DNA of 64,000 nucleotides, taken from positions 960,001 through 1,024,000 of the forward strand of contig OZ219787.1 in NCBI GenBank assembly GCA_964291285.2, in the 5' to 3' direction. Below are positions 39,515 through 50,368 of the stretch, in pieces. The notes under the pieces were generated by a model, which was not told where the DNA came from, ran no database searches, and was given only the letters and a program-made list of their open reading frames with translations. A program made the translations under genes and the position numbers. The first letter of the stretch is position 1. Every line of letters starts with the position of its first letter. The DNA comes from Alphaproteobacteria bacterium (GTDB lineage: Bacteria > Pseudomonadota > Alphaproteobacteria > Bin95).

Positions 39515-40831
39515 ATGGACGTCGTTTTCATCGGCTTTGCAGCACTTCTCGTTCTGGTGTTCCTCAGAATGCCGATCGCGTTCGCGATGGGCCTGGTGGG
39601 CTTTGCCGGCTTCGGCTATCTGACGGGATGGAAGCCGTCGCTCTCGATGGTCGGCACGCTGGTTTCAGAAACGGCGCTTTCCTACGGCCTGTCGGTGGTG
39701 CCGCTGTTCATCCTGATGGGCAATCTCGTATCGCGGGCGGGGCTCTCCGGCGAGCTCTACGCCGCCTCCCACGCCTTTCTCGGCGACAGGCGCGGAGGAT
39801 TGTCGATGGCGACGATCGTCGCCTGCGGCGGCTTCTCGGCGATCTGCGGCTCGAGCCTCGCGACGGCGGCGACGATGTCCAAGGTGGCCATGCCGCCGAT
39901 GCGCCGCTACGGATATTCGGACAGCCTCGCTTCAGCCTCGATCGCCGCCGGGGGCACGCTCGGCATCCTGATCCCGCCCAGCGTGATTCTCGTGATCTAC
40001 GGGCTGATGACGGAGACCAGCATCCGCGAACTGTTCGCCGCCGGCTTCATTCCCGGCCTCGTCGGGGTGCTGTTCTATCTCGGGGCCGTGCAGTGGGTGG
40101 TCTGGCGGCGCCCCGAGGAGGGACCGAGAGCCGAGCGCACCCCGTGGCGGGGACGCCTGGCGGCGCTCGGCGGCGTCTGGGGCACGCTGCTGCTGTTCGT
40201 GCTGGTGATGGGCGGGATTTACGGCGGGCTGTTCACCCCGACGGAGGCCGCCGGCATCGGGGCCGGCGGCGCCTTCATCATCGCGCTCGCCCGGGGCGCG
40301 CTCACCTGGCGCTCGCTGCTCGAAGTGCTGACCGACAGCGCGCGCACCACGGCGATGCTGTTCACCGTGCTGATCGGCGCTCTGATCTTCTCGAACTTCG
40401 TCAACCGGGCCGGGCTGCCGGCCGGTCTGCTCTCGCTGGTTACGGGTTACGATCTGCCGCCGCTGGTGGTGATCGCGATCATCCTGGCGATTTATCTCGT
40501 GCTCGGCTGCGTCTTCGAGAGCCTGTCGATGCTGCTGCTGACGATCCCGATCTTTTTCCCGGTGGTACAGGGGCTCGGCTATGCGGGGCTGGACGCGGAG
40601 GCAATTCTGGTCTGGTTCGGCATCATTGCCGTCGTGGTCACCGAAATCAGCCTGATAACGCCGCCGGTCGGCCTCAATGTCTTCGTGCTCTCGGGCGTCC
40701 TCAAGGACGTCAAGACGAGCACGGTATTCAAGGGTGTGACGCCGTTCTGGTGCGCCGACATCGGGCGCCTTGCGCTCCTGGTCGCATTCCCCGCGCTTTC
40801 GCTCGCCCTGCCGCGGCTGTTCTACGGCTGA
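39515..40831 (+). CDS. dctM: TRAP large permease
   Basis: PLFILMG, GSSLATAA, LIPPS, TPTEA, ITPPVG motifs. Confidence 0.92.
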   Translation: MDVVFIGFAALLVLVFLRMPIAFAMGLVGFAGFGYLTGWKPSLSMVGTLVSETALSYGLSVVPLFILMGNLVSRAGLSGELYAASHAFLGDRRGGLSMATIVACGGFSAICGSSLATAATMSKVAMPPMRRYGYSDSLASASIAAGGTLGILIPPSVILVIYGLMTETSIRELFAAGFIPGLVGVLFYLGAVQWVVWRRPEEGPRAERTPWRGRLAALGGVWGTLLLFVLVMGGIYGGLFTPTEAAGIGAGGAFIIALARGALTWRSLLEVLTDSARTTAMLFTVLIGALIFSNFVNRAGLPAGLLSLVTGYDLPPLVVIAIILAIYLVLGCVFESLSMLLLTIPIFFPVVQGLGYAGLDAEAILVWFGIIAVVVTEISLITPPVGLNVFVLSGVLKDVKTSTVFKGVTPFWCADIGRLALLVAFPALSLALPRLFYG

Positions 40832-40847
40832 GCGGGGTCCGGCCCGG

Positions 40848-41723
40848 TCAGGCGGCGGCGCGCTCCGCCTCGGGCCGCCAGGCCGGCAGGGGCGCGCCCT
40901 CCACGGTGACGCGGTGCATGAGGCGGCGGTGGCCGGCATAGTCGTTGAGCGCGCAGTGCCAGGTCGCGCGGTTGTCCCAGAAGACCACCGTGCCCGGCTC
41001 GAAGCGCACCCGGCAGGTGAATTCCGGGCGGCTCCCGTGCTCGTAGAGCATCTGCAGCAGCGGGCGGCTCTCCTCGACCGTCCAGCCGTCGAAGCCGATG
41101 GTGAAGCCGCGGTTCACATAGAGGGAGGGCCGGCCGCTCACCGGATGGCGGATGACGACCGGATGGACGGCGTCCTGCGTTGCAGCCTCATTGTTGCCGA
41201 GCCGCCCGGCGAGATCGCTGCCGTCCGTCACATAGTAGGCGCGCGTCCCGAAGACATGGCGGCTCGAATGCACGGCCTTCATGCCCAAAAGCATCACCTT
41301 CAGCCCGTCCGAGAGGGCGTCGTATGCGGCATACATGCTGGAGAACAGCGTGTCGCCGCCGAAGGGCGGTAATTCGCGCGCGACCAGGATCGATCCGAGC
41401 GCCGGCTCGATGTCGTAGGTGTGGTCGGTGTGCCACTCGCCGCCGATATTCGCCTTCTGCTCGGGCTCCTTGCGCACCTCGGCGATACCCGGCCAGCCGT
41501 CCACCGCCTTGAAGAAGCGGTTGATGTTGACGCCGCCGAACGCCTCGCCCATCGCAAGGTGGCCCTCAGGCGAGACCGTCTGTCCGCGAAACACCAGCAC
41601 GCCGTATTCGCCGAGCCCGGCCTGCAGCGCTTCCACGCGCTCCGGGGTCAGCTCCCGCTCCAGGTCGATGCCCGAGACCTCCGCGCCGCACGCGCCCGAA
41701 ATCGGGGTGAAATCCATTGTCAC
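40848..41723 (-). CDS. TauD/TfdA 2-oxoglutarate-dependent dioxygenase
   Basis: WHTD, GGDTLF, HPVV..HP, WDNRATWH motifs. Confidence 0.92.
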   Translation of the reverse strand: MTMDFTPISGACGAEVSGIDLERELTPERVEALQAGLGEYGVLVFRGQTVSPEGHLAMGEAFGGVNINRFFKAVDGWPGIAEVRKEPEQKANIGGEWHTDHTYDIEPALGSILVARELPPFGGDTLFSSMYAAYDALSDGLKVMLLGMKAVHSSRHVFGTRAYYVTDGSDLAGRLGNNEAATQDAVHPVVIRHPVSGRPSLYVNRGFTIGFDGWTVEESRPLLQMLYEHGSRPEFTCRVRFEPGTVVFWDNRATWHCALNDYAGHRRLMHRVTVEGAPLPAWRPEAERAAA

Positions 41724-41780
41724 GCCTCCCCTGTTCTGCGAGCAATATAGCGCGCCGGGAGAAAACGGGGGAGAGCCGGA

Positions 41781-43232
41781 ATGACCGAGACCGCCTTCAA
41801 GTCCGCAACCGAGCTTGCTGCCATGATCCGCAAGCGGGAGATCGGGGCGGAGGAATTACTCGACCTCTACTTCGCGCGCGTCGACGAACACAACCCGACC
41901 CTGAATGCGGTCATCTGGGAGGATCGCGAGGGCGCGCGCGAGACAGCGCGCGCCGCCGACCGCGAAACCGTCCGGGGCGGAGACCTGCCGCCGCTCCACG
42001 GCGTGCCGATGACGATCAAGGAGAGCTACGACCTGGCCGGCTCCCCGACGACCTGGGGCGATCCCGAGTTCCGCGACAATATCGCGGAGACGGACAGCGT
42101 GTCGGTGCAGCGGTTGAAGGCCGCCGGCGTCAACCTGTTCGGCAAGACCAACGTGCCGCTCATGCTGGCCGACTGGCAGAGCTATAACGACATTTACGGC
42201 GTCACCAACAATCCCTGGGACCTCGGGCGGACGCCGGGCGGCTCCTCCGGCGGGTCCGGCGCGGCGTTGGCGGCCGGCATGACCGGCATCGAGGCCGGGA
42301 GCGACATCGGCGCCTCGATCCGCAACCCCGCGCATTATTGCGGCGTGTTCGGCCACAAGCCGAGTTGGGGCCTCTGCCCGCCCCGGGGACATGCGCTGCC
42401 CGGCGTGCTGGCGCAGTCCGACATTTCCGCGGTCGGGCCGCTGGCGCGCTCTGCGGACGACCTGGAGGTGGCGCTCGACGCCATGGCGGGACCGGACGAG
42501 ATGGAGGCGGCGGGCTACCGGCTCGACCTGCCGGAGCCGCGTACTGCCGGCTTCGAGGGCCTGCGCGTCGCCGTCATGCTGGAGGCCGAGCCGTCCGAGA
42601 TCGATTCGGTCTATGGCGACCTGCTGCAGGACCTCGTGGACCGCATCGCCGCCACCGGCGCGGTCGTGAGCGACACAGCGCGGCCCGAGATCGACATGAA
42701 CGCGCTCCACGAGAATTATGTCCTGCTGCTGCGGGCCGCGACCAGCGCCCGCCAGCCGGAACCCGTGCTGCGCGAGCATGAGGACGCCGTGAAGCGGCTC
42801 GGCGCGGACGACCCGAGCTATTACGCCCGCATGGCGCGCGGCAACACCATGCGGCATCGGGAGTGGCTGGCGTTCCGCGAGCAGCGCGAGCGTTTCCGCT
42901 GGGCCTGGCACCGCTTCTTCCGGGACTGGGACGTGCTGCTCTGCCCTGTCGCGGCCTCGACTGCCTTTCCGCACGACCATGAGGGCGAGCGCTACCAGCG
43001 CACGGTCCGGGTCAACAACCGCGAGGTGGCGACGACCGACCAGCTTTTCTGGGCAGGCTTCAACGGCGTCTGTTACCTGCCCGGCGCCGTGGCCCCGGCC
43101 GGCATCGCAAGCGACGGCCTGCCCGGCGGCGTCCAGATCGTCGGCCCCTATCTCGGCGACCGGGCCTGCATCCACACCGCCCGCCTGATCGAACGCCATT
43201 TCGGCGGCTTCCAGCCCCCGCCGGGCTATTGA
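41781..43232 (+). CDS. Amidase signature family enzyme
   Basis: GGSSGGS and GSDIGASIRNPA motifs. Confidence 0.93.
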   Translation: MTETAFKSATELAAMIRKREIGAEELLDLYFARVDEHNPTLNAVIWEDREGARETARAADRETVRGGDLPPLHGVPMTIKESYDLAGSPTTWGDPEFRDNIAETDSVSVQRLKAAGVNLFGKTNVPLMLADWQSYNDIYGVTNNPWDLGRTPGGSSGGSGAALAAGMTGIEAGSDIGASIRNPAHYCGVFGHKPSWGLCPPRGHALPGVLAQSDISAVGPLARSADDLEVALDAMAGPDEMEAAGYRLDLPEPRTAGFEGLRVAVMLEAEPSEIDSVYGDLLQDLVDRIAATGAVVSDTARPEIDMNALHENYVLLLRAATSARQPEPVLREHEDAVKRLGADDPSYYARMARGNTMRHREWLAFREQRERFRWAWHRFFRDWDVLLCPVAASTAFPHDHEGERYQRTVRVNNREVATTDQLFWAGFNGVCYLPGAVAPAGIASDGLPGGVQIVGPYLGDRACIHTARLIERHFGGFQPPPGY

Positions 43233-44443
43233 GCGGGGGCAGAGCGCGTGGCGAGACTCGTCCCGACGGTTTCGGATTTTCGTCTTGCCGGGGCACATGA
43301 CGGCGAGAGCGAGACGCTTTTGTTGCTCAAACGCCGGCTTCCGCCGGAAGTTTTCGTCTATCACGGTGTCCACTGGACCCGCTCTCACGGTAACCACACG
43401 GCTTTCGGCGAAGTCGATTTCGTTGTCGTCAGTCCCGCCGGCCGGGTTCTGGTTATCGAACAGAAGAACGGCGCGCTCGTCGAAGAAGGCGATGGCCTCT
43501 ACAAGGATTATGCGGGCCAGCGCAAGGATATCGTCCGGCAATTGAACCGTAATCTCGATGGATTGCGCGACGCCTTCCGCGACCGACATGGCAGGGATCT
43601 AAAACCCAAATCCCTGTTGTATTTTCCAGACCACAGGGTGAGGGTCCTCGACGCCGCCGGCCTCGACGCCAGGCGGATCGTGGACGCCTCGCGGCGCGAC
43701 GGGCTGCCGACGACTGTCTTGGAGCTTCTGGAAGACGATGGCGGCGAAGACGGCATAGATTATGCCGAACGTGTGCATCGTTTCTTCGAGCAACGGTTCG
43801 ATGTCGTGCCGGACGTCAACAGCTATATCGACAGGCAGGAGCAGCGCTTCAACCGACTCAATGCGGAATTGCGCCAGGTCATAGACAATATCTCGATGTC
43901 GCCCCTGCGGCTGCGCGTCCAGGGCGTCGCCGGTTGCGGCAAGACCAGCATTGCGATGCACTACTACAGGCGGGCGGCGGAAGCGGGCCGGAAGCCGTTA
44001 CTGCTTTGCCATAATCGGCCGCTGCGGGAGAAGTTGAACGCCCTCCTGCCGGATTCGGGCATGGTGCAGACGCGCTACGGCCTTACCACCAAATTCCTGG
44101 AGGATCGCGGCCACCCACCGGATTTCGGGCAACGGCCCGGCAATCCCGACTTCTGGAACGATCTGGAAGACCGGCTACTGGAAATCGGGATTCCCGACGA
44201 GTGGAAGTTCGACTGCCTTGTAGTCGATGAAGGCCAGGATTTCGACGAGGATGCACTGGAGAAATTCCGGCTGTTCCTGCGGGACGACCACGACATTCTC
44301 TGGCTGGAGGATGCGGACCAGAATATCCGGGGCGCCGATCCGTTCGTCGCTGCCGGCTTCGTCACCTATCGCGCGCGCCGCAATTGCCGCTCGCCGGAAA
44401 GCATCGCGCGTTTCGTCCGCACCGTTCTGCCGTCATTCGACTT

Positions 44444-45470
44444 CCTGCTTATTCTTGAGAGTCATCTTGTGAGATTGTAGGTTTGGAAGGGTTTCTGTTA
44501 TCGGGAGGTCATGGATATGGCATTCAAGGTTGCATCGCGTGTTCGTGGCTTGAGCGACGATGCGTTCCGAGCGTCGTTCGGCACGGAGGATCAGTGCCGG
44601 GCGGTGCTAGCCCGATTGCGCTGGCCGAACGGTTTCGAGTGCGGCTCCTGCGGGCATCGGGGGCACTGCATTCTTGCCGGGCGCAGGCTTTACCAGTGCA
44701 ACCGCTGCAAGAAGCAGGTTTCGGTGACGTCGGGGACGATCTTCCACTCGACCAAGCTGCCCCTGACGTTGTGGTTTGCGGCGATCCACCTTGTGGTGAC
44801 GGCGAAGAACGGCATTTCGTCGGTGGAACTCGGTCGCCGCCTCGGGGTCAGGCAGCCGACCGCCTGGAGCATGAAGCAGAAGATCATGGCGGTGATGGCC
44901 CGGCGCGAAGCCGACACGCGGCTCGAAGGACGGGTCGAGATGGACGACGCCTGGCTCGGCGGGTCGCGCTCCGGCGGCAAGCGCGGCCGGGGCGCGCCGG
45001 GCAAGACGCCCTTCGTGGCGGCGGTCTCGACCAGCGCCGAAGGGGCTCCGCGCAAGGTCAAGCTCGTCCCGGTCAGGGGCTTCCGCAAGCGCGAGATCGC
45101 GCGCGGCGCCAAACGCTGGCTGGCCCCGGGGACGGAGGTCGTCACCGATGCCCTGCACTGCTGGAACGCCCTCGACGGCATCGCCGCAAGCCACAGCGCC
45201 ATCCGTACCGGCTCAGGCCGCCGGGCAGCCCGCATGGCCCCCTTCAAATGGGTCAACACGACCCTCGGCAACATCAAGAGCGCCATCGCCGGAACCTACC
45301 GAAAGCTCGGTCCCGACCATGCCGAACGCTACCTCGCCAGCTTCGCATGGCGATACAACCGACGATACCAACTCAACTCCATGATCCCACGCTTCCTTCA
45401 CAGCGCCGTCAGAACACAACCCATCCCATATCAACTACTCATTGCAGGATGATCCTTGAGAATAAGCAGG
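44444..45470 (+). mobile_element. IS1595-family insertion sequence, complete (1027 bp)
   Basis: IRs CCTGCTTATTCTTGAGAGTCATC / reverse complement CCTGCTTATTCTCAAGGATCATC; 8-bp DR TTCGACTT at 44436-44443 and 45471-45478. Confidence 0.93.
44517..45452 (+). CDS. IS1595-family transposase
   Basis: RWPNGFECGSC...CNRC Zn ribbon, GTIFHSTKLPL, VEMDD, TD, YL..F.WRYNRR. Confidence 0.92.
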   Translation: MAFKVASRVRGLSDDAFRASFGTEDQCRAVLARLRWPNGFECGSCGHRGHCILAGRRLYQCNRCKKQVSVTSGTIFHSTKLPLTLWFAAIHLVVTAKNGISSVELGRRLGVRQPTAWSMKQKIMAVMARREADTRLEGRVEMDDAWLGGSRSGGKRGRGAPGKTPFVAAVSTSAEGAPRKVKLVPVRGFRKREIARGAKRWLAPGTEVVTDALHCWNALDGIAASHSAIRTGSGRRAARMAPFKWVNTTLGNIKSAIAGTYRKLGPDHAERYLASFAWRYNRRYQLNSMIPRFLHSAVRTQPIPYQLLIAG

Positions 45471-46010
45471 TTCGACTTTGAACCGGGGAACGACCTTCCG
45501 GGACTCGGCGTAAGCGTCCAAGGCTATGACAACCCGGACGACCAGCTTCGACTGGCGGCGGCATCGGTCGCGGAACTCAGAAGGCTGGGTTTCCGGCCGG
45601 AGGATATAGCGGTGGTGACCATGCGCGGGCACGACAGGTCGTCGCTGAGCGATCGCGACTGCCTCGGCAGTGCCGCCGTCCGCCGCTTCACCGGGAATTA
45701 CGACGACAACGGCAACCAGATGATGACGGCGGGGGATATATATTTCGACAGCATAGGCCGCTTCAAGGGCCAGGAAGCTCAGGCAATCATTCTGTGCGAT
45801 GTCGATCCGGACCTCGAGCGGGTGGAGCACCTCTCACGCCTTTATTGCGGCATGACCCGCGCGACCGTGCGCCTCGAACTGCTGGCGAACCGGGCCAACC
45901 CGCTTTACGAGACGCTCCGGTTGGCTGCCGGTTGAACCCGTATGAGGCCGGGCGGCGGAAATCCGGGCGCATTCGGAAACCCGCCTTGCTTTCCGGTGTA
46001 TGATCGACCC

Positions 46011-46196
46011 ATGACACGCACCGTAAAAGACATGGACGACCGCGCTCGCGCCGAAGCGACGGGTCGTCGCCGCTCCGGCGCGAAACGCGACGAGGATGCC
46101 GTGGAACCCTTGAGCCTCGATGAAGCGCGGCGGATGCGCGGGTCGGGCTGGGAGGGTGACCTGGACGAGATGCGCGGCTCGGACGGGAGGTCCTGA
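46011..46196 (+). CDS. VapB-like antitoxin (orphan, possibly degenerate)
   Basis: MTRTV.DMDD N-terminus and GWEGDLDEMR C-terminal motif typical of DUF2191-type VapB. Confidence 0.6.
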   Translation: MTRTVKDMDDRARAEATGRRRSGAKRDEDAVEPLSLDEARRMRGSGWEGDLDEMRGSDGRS

Positions 46197-46197
46197 C

Positions 46198-47073
46198 ATG
46201 AAGCTCGGCGTTGTCTTTCCGCAGACGGAGATCGGGGCCGATCCGGCTGCCTGCCGCGACTTTGCGCAGGCGGCCGAGGAGCTGGGCTATGCGCACCTGC
46301 TTGCCTTCGACCATGTGCTGGGGGCCGACCCGGCCGCGCATACGCTGACCGGCCCCTATACGCACAAGTCGATGTTCCACGAGCCGATGGTGCTGTTCGG
46401 CTGGCTTGCGGCGCTGACCGGGCGGATCGGGTTCGTCACCGGCATCCTCATCCTGCCGCAGCGCCAGACGGCGCTTGTCGCCAAGCAGGCGGCGGAGGTG
46501 GATATCCTGTCCGGCGGACGGCTTCGGCTCGGCATCGGCGTCGGCTGGAACCAGGTCGAATACCAGGCGTTGAACGAGGACTTCACCAATCGCGGCAAGC
46601 GTTCGGAAGAGCAGATCGCGCTGTTGCGCCGGCTCTGGACCGAGGAGTTGGTGACCTTCGAGGGCCGCTGGCACGAGTTCCGGGACGCCGGCATCAACCC
46701 CCTGCCGGTGCAGCGCCCGATCCCGATCTGGATCGGCGGCCATGCCGAGGCGACCATCGAGCGGATCGGGCGCATCGGCGACGGCTGGTTCCCGCTGGTC
46801 ACGCCTTCGGACAAGACGGCGGCGCGTGTCGAGCGGCTCAGGGACTACGCCCGCGCGGCCGGGCGTGACCCGGCGGAGATCGGCATCGAGTCCTGGCTGC
46901 GCTACGCCAAACGGGGTGATGCTGTCGGCCCGGAGTCGTGGCAGGCCGATATCGATTTCTGGCGGAGCGTCGATGCGACCCACCTGACGGTGAACACTAT
47001 GGATGCCGGGCTCCGGGGGGCGGATGCGCATGTCGAGGCCATGCGGCGCGTGAAGGAATCGGTGGACCTGTGA
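46198..47073 (+). CDS. LLM-class oxidoreductase (F420-dependent Rv2161c-like)
   Basis: AEELGY..FDHV, LILPQRQ..VAKQAAEVD.LSGGR, GVGWN..EY motifs. Confidence 0.88.
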   Translation: MKLGVVFPQTEIGADPAACRDFAQAAEELGYAHLLAFDHVLGADPAAHTLTGPYTHKSMFHEPMVLFGWLAALTGRIGFVTGILILPQRQTALVAKQAAEVDILSGGRLRLGIGVGWNQVEYQALNEDFTNRGKRSEEQIALLRRLWTEELVTFEGRWHEFRDAGINPLPVQRPIPIWIGGHAEATIERIGRIGDGWFPLVTPSDKTAARVERLRDYARAAGRDPAEIGIESWLRYAKRGDAVGPESWQADIDFWRSVDATHLTVNTMDAGLRGADAHVEAMRRVKESVDL

Positions 47074-48688
47074 ACGGCGGCGCTGAGGACGCCGGCAGCT
47101 TCGACTGGATCGTCGTCGGCACCGGCTCGGCCGGCTCCGTTCTGGCCGCGCGGCTTTCCGAGCGGGCGGGCGACCGGGTGCTGGTGCTGGAGGCGGGCGG
47201 GATGGACCGCAACCCGTTCATCCACATTCCCGCGGGCTACACCAGGACCCTCAACAGCGACGCCGTGAACTGGCGCTTCGAGATCGACCCGGAGGACTAC
47301 ACGCGCAACCGGACCATGCCGCTGCCGCGCGGCAAGGTCGTGGGCGGCTCCTCATCGATCAACGGGATGCTCTACGTGCGCGGCAACGCCCGCGACTTCG
47401 ACGACTGGGCGCAGATGGGCAACCGCGGCTGGTCCTGGGAGGAGGTGCTGCCCTTCTTCAGGAAATCCGAGCGGCGAGAGGGCGGCGATCCGGCCTTTCG
47501 CGGCACGTCAGGAGAGCTTCGGGTCTCCGACATGCGCGACCGCTTCGATCTTACCGACGACATCATTCGCGGCGGCGAGGAGTTCGGCTATCCCCGCAAC
47601 CCGGACTATAACGGCGCCTCGCAGGACGGCTTCGGTTACTATCAGGTCTGCCAGAAGAGCGGGCTCAGGCACAGCGCCTTCCGGGCCTTCCTGAAGCCTG
47701 CGTTGAGACGCCCAATATCGAGTTGCGCACCCACGCGCTGGCGGAGCGCATGGTGATCGAAGAGGGGCGCGCCGTTGCGGTGGAATACCGGCGGAGCGGC
47801 CGGCTGGAACGGGCGGCGGCGAGGCAGGGCATTGCGTTGTCGGCGGGTGCGGTGCAGTCGCCGCAGTTGCTGGAGTTGTCGGGCATCGGCAATCCCGAGG
47901 TGCTGCAGGCTCAGGGGATCGAGGTGCAAAGGGCGCTGCCGGGCGTCGGCGAGAACTATCGGGACCATTACATGGTGCGGAAGTCCTGGCGCATCGGGCG
48001 TCCGGTCACCATCAACGAGAAGTCGCGCGGGCTGGCCCTGGCCGGCGAGATTCTTCGTTATGCGCTGACGCGGCGAGGACTGCTGACGCTCACGCCCGGC
48101 GTGGTCGCCGGGTTCGTGCGGACGCGGGACGACCTTGCCGTCCCGGACATTCAGTATCACATCGTGCCGGCGAGCTATGACGATCCCCGAACCAAGGCGC
48201 TGGCGCGAACGCCGGGCATGACCATCGGCACATACCAGACGCGGCCGGAAAGCGCCGGGACGATCCATATCCGCTCGGCCCGCGCCGACGAGCAGCCGGC
48301 GATCAAGGGCAACTATCTTTCTGCGGAATTCGACCGACAGGCATTGGTGGGCGGCATGAAGATCGCCCGCGCGCTGATGGAGACCGGAGCCATGCGCCGC
48401 CATGTCGCTTTCGAGGAACTGCCTGGACCGGATGTGGAGAGCGATGAGCAATGGCTGGACTTCGCCCGCGAGGCGGGGTTCGCGATCTATCACCCGGTCG
48501 GCACCTGCAAGATGGGGACGGACCCGATGGCGGTGGTCGATCCGCGCCTTTGCGTGCATGGCGTGGCGGGCCTGCGGGTGGCGGACGCCTCCGTCATGCC
48601 GACGCTCACCAACGGCAACACCCACGCTCCCACCATGATGATCGCCGAAAAGGCGGCCCACATGATGCTGGAGGATGCGGGGGCCTGA
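47070..48688 (+). pseudogene. GMC (choline dehydrogenase-like) oxidoreductase with a 1-nt frameshift near 47711 (likely a homopolymer error)
   Basis: GTGSAG and GGSSSING are in one frame; SPQLLELSGIG, YHPVGTC and NGNT are in the next; one extra C gives RRPNIELRT. Confidence 0.85.
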
Positions 48689-48709
48689 CCGGCGCCGGAA
48701 GAACCGGCC

Positions 48710-49906
48710 TCAGCGCGCCGTGCGCCGTGAGGCGACGACCGCGCCGAAGGAGCAGAGGAAGGCGAGGACGAGGAAGGCCCCGCAGCCGAGGAACAGAAGG
48801 ACGGGCCAGTCGCGGTCCATCGTCCAGCCGAACAGGAGCGGCGCCAGGCCGCCGCCGATGGACAGCCCGACAAATACGAAGCCGATCACCCGGCCGGTGC
48901 TGCCCGGCGGTGTGATCCGCCTGAGGATCAGGTCCCGCGCCGGCAGCACGACACCCATCCCGAACCCGGCCGCGCCCAGCAGCACGGCGAGGCCGAGCAC
49001 GCCGATATCGGCGAAGCCCGCAAGCGCCGTCAGCGCCCCGGCGCCGATCAGCGCCGCGCCGGTCAGGCGTAATTGGAATCCTTCCCGGTCGGGCAGCTCC
49101 CCGCCCGCGAGGATGCCGAAGGCAAGCGCAAGCAGCGCCGTGGTCCACACCACGCCGGCGGATGCCGGGTCGAAGCCGTAGAGCTTGTCGAGTCCGACCG
49201 CGGTGAATGACATGATCCCGCCGCTCGCCATGCCGTAGGCCGCGAAGAAACCGAAGAACAGCAGGATCGGCAGGGAGAGCCACCGCGCGGGCGCGGCGTC
49301 CGCAGCCGCGTCCCTGGCCCGGGGCGGGGAGGCGACGGCGCCGCCGCTCACCGCCATCGCCAGCACGGTCGCGATGCCCGCCGCGCCGACCAGCATGACG
49401 GCGTTCCGCCAGCCCATCGATTGCGCCAGCGTCGCCATTGTGAGCGGCGCCACCGCCGTGCCGAAGAAGCCGAGGAAGGTGTGCATGCTGTAGGCGCGCG
49501 GCAGCCGCCGTTCGCGAATGCGCGCCGCCAGCACCGCATAGTCGGCGGGATGAAACACGCTGTTGCCGATGCCGGCCGCCACGGCCAGCAGCGCCAGCGC
49601 CCAGTAGCTGGAAACGAACCCGATGGCGGCAATGGCGGCGGCGTTGAGTGCAAGCCCCGCCAGCAGGACCGGGCGCGCGCCCCAGCGGTCCACCGCCAGC
49701 CCGACCGGCGCCTGGAGCACGCCGCCGACCACCGCATAGCCGGTGACCAGAGCGCCCAGCAGCGCATAGCTCGCGCCGAACTCGTCGCGGAAGTAACCGA
49801 ACAGGGGCGGCAGGCTGAGCGCGTAGAAATGGCTCAGGAAATGCCCGGCGCCGATCAGCGCCAGCGTCCGGGTCTCCCCGCGAGCCACCTCTGCCGTTTG
49901 CGCCAT
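48710..49906 (-). CDS. MFS transporter (Fsr-like), paralog of 19402..20616
   Basis: GHFLSHF, DRWGAR, GNSVFHPADY motifs. Confidence 0.88.
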   Translation of the reverse strand: MAQTAEVARGETRTLALIGAGHFLSHFYALSLPPLFGYFRDEFGASYALLGALVTGYAVVGGVLQAPVGLAVDRWGARPVLLAGLALNAAAIAAIGFVSSYWALALLAVAAGIGNSVFHPADYAVLAARIRERRLPRAYSMHTFLGFFGTAVAPLTMATLAQSMGWRNAVMLVGAAGIATVLAMAVSGGAVASPPRARDAAADAAPARWLSLPILLFFGFFAAYGMASGGIMSFTAVGLDKLYGFDPASAGVVWTTALLALAFGILAGGELPDREGFQLRLTGAALIGAGALTALAGFADIGVLGLAVLLGAAGFGMGVVLPARDLILRRITPPGSTGRVIGFVFVGLSIGGGLAPLLFGWTMDRDWPVLLFLGCGAFLVLAFLCSFGAVVASRRTAR

Positions 49907-50032
49907 GCTCGAATCCTCTTCAGGCCGGCGCGCAATATGCCTGCCGGGAGCCGAAGACGGAACCGGCCTGCTTGCCGGCCCCGCCCGCCGTCGGCATCAT
50001 CGTCCGGAGTGCGCACCCGGCGAGGAGGAGTG

Positions 50033-50368
50033 ATGGTCCCGGTCACGGACGAACTCCTGGACGAGATGGTCCGGGCGATTGTGGAAGAGGTCGATCCCGA
50101 GCAGGTGATCCTGTTCGGCTCGCGCGCCCGCGGCGATGCGCATGACGGCTCCGACGTGGACCTGATCGTCATCGAGGCCGAGCCGTTCGGGGCAGGGCGG
50201 AGCCGCGTGGAAGAGGCGGCGCGGCTCTACCGGGCGGCGTCCGGCCTCGGCGTGAGCAAGGACATCCTCGTCTTCACGCTCGCCGAACGGGAATACTGGC
50301 GTGATTCCCTGAACCACGTCCTCGCCCGCGCGCTCCGGGAAGGCAGGGTGCTGTATGAGCGACCTTAA
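50033..50368 (+). CDS. Minimal nucleotidyltransferase (MNT) antitoxin
   Basis: LFGSRARG...SDVDL motif; GAGGAG RBS. Confidence 0.9.
   Translation: MVPVTDELLDEMVRAIVEEVDPEQVILFGSRARGDAHDGSDVDLIVIEAEPFGAGRSRVEEAARLYRAASGLGVSKDILVFTLAEREYWRDSLNHVLARALREGRVLYERP

Larger units (their letters stand above)
43248..45935 (+). pseudogene. NERD nuclease + UvrD-like (SF1) helicase, interrupted by IS1595
   Basis: EVDF..VIEQK (NERD), GVAGCGKT, VDEGQD, NCRS, then after the IS FKGQE and YCGMTRA. Removing the IS and one DR restores ...PSFDFEPGN, 550 aa in total. Confidence 0.88.
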
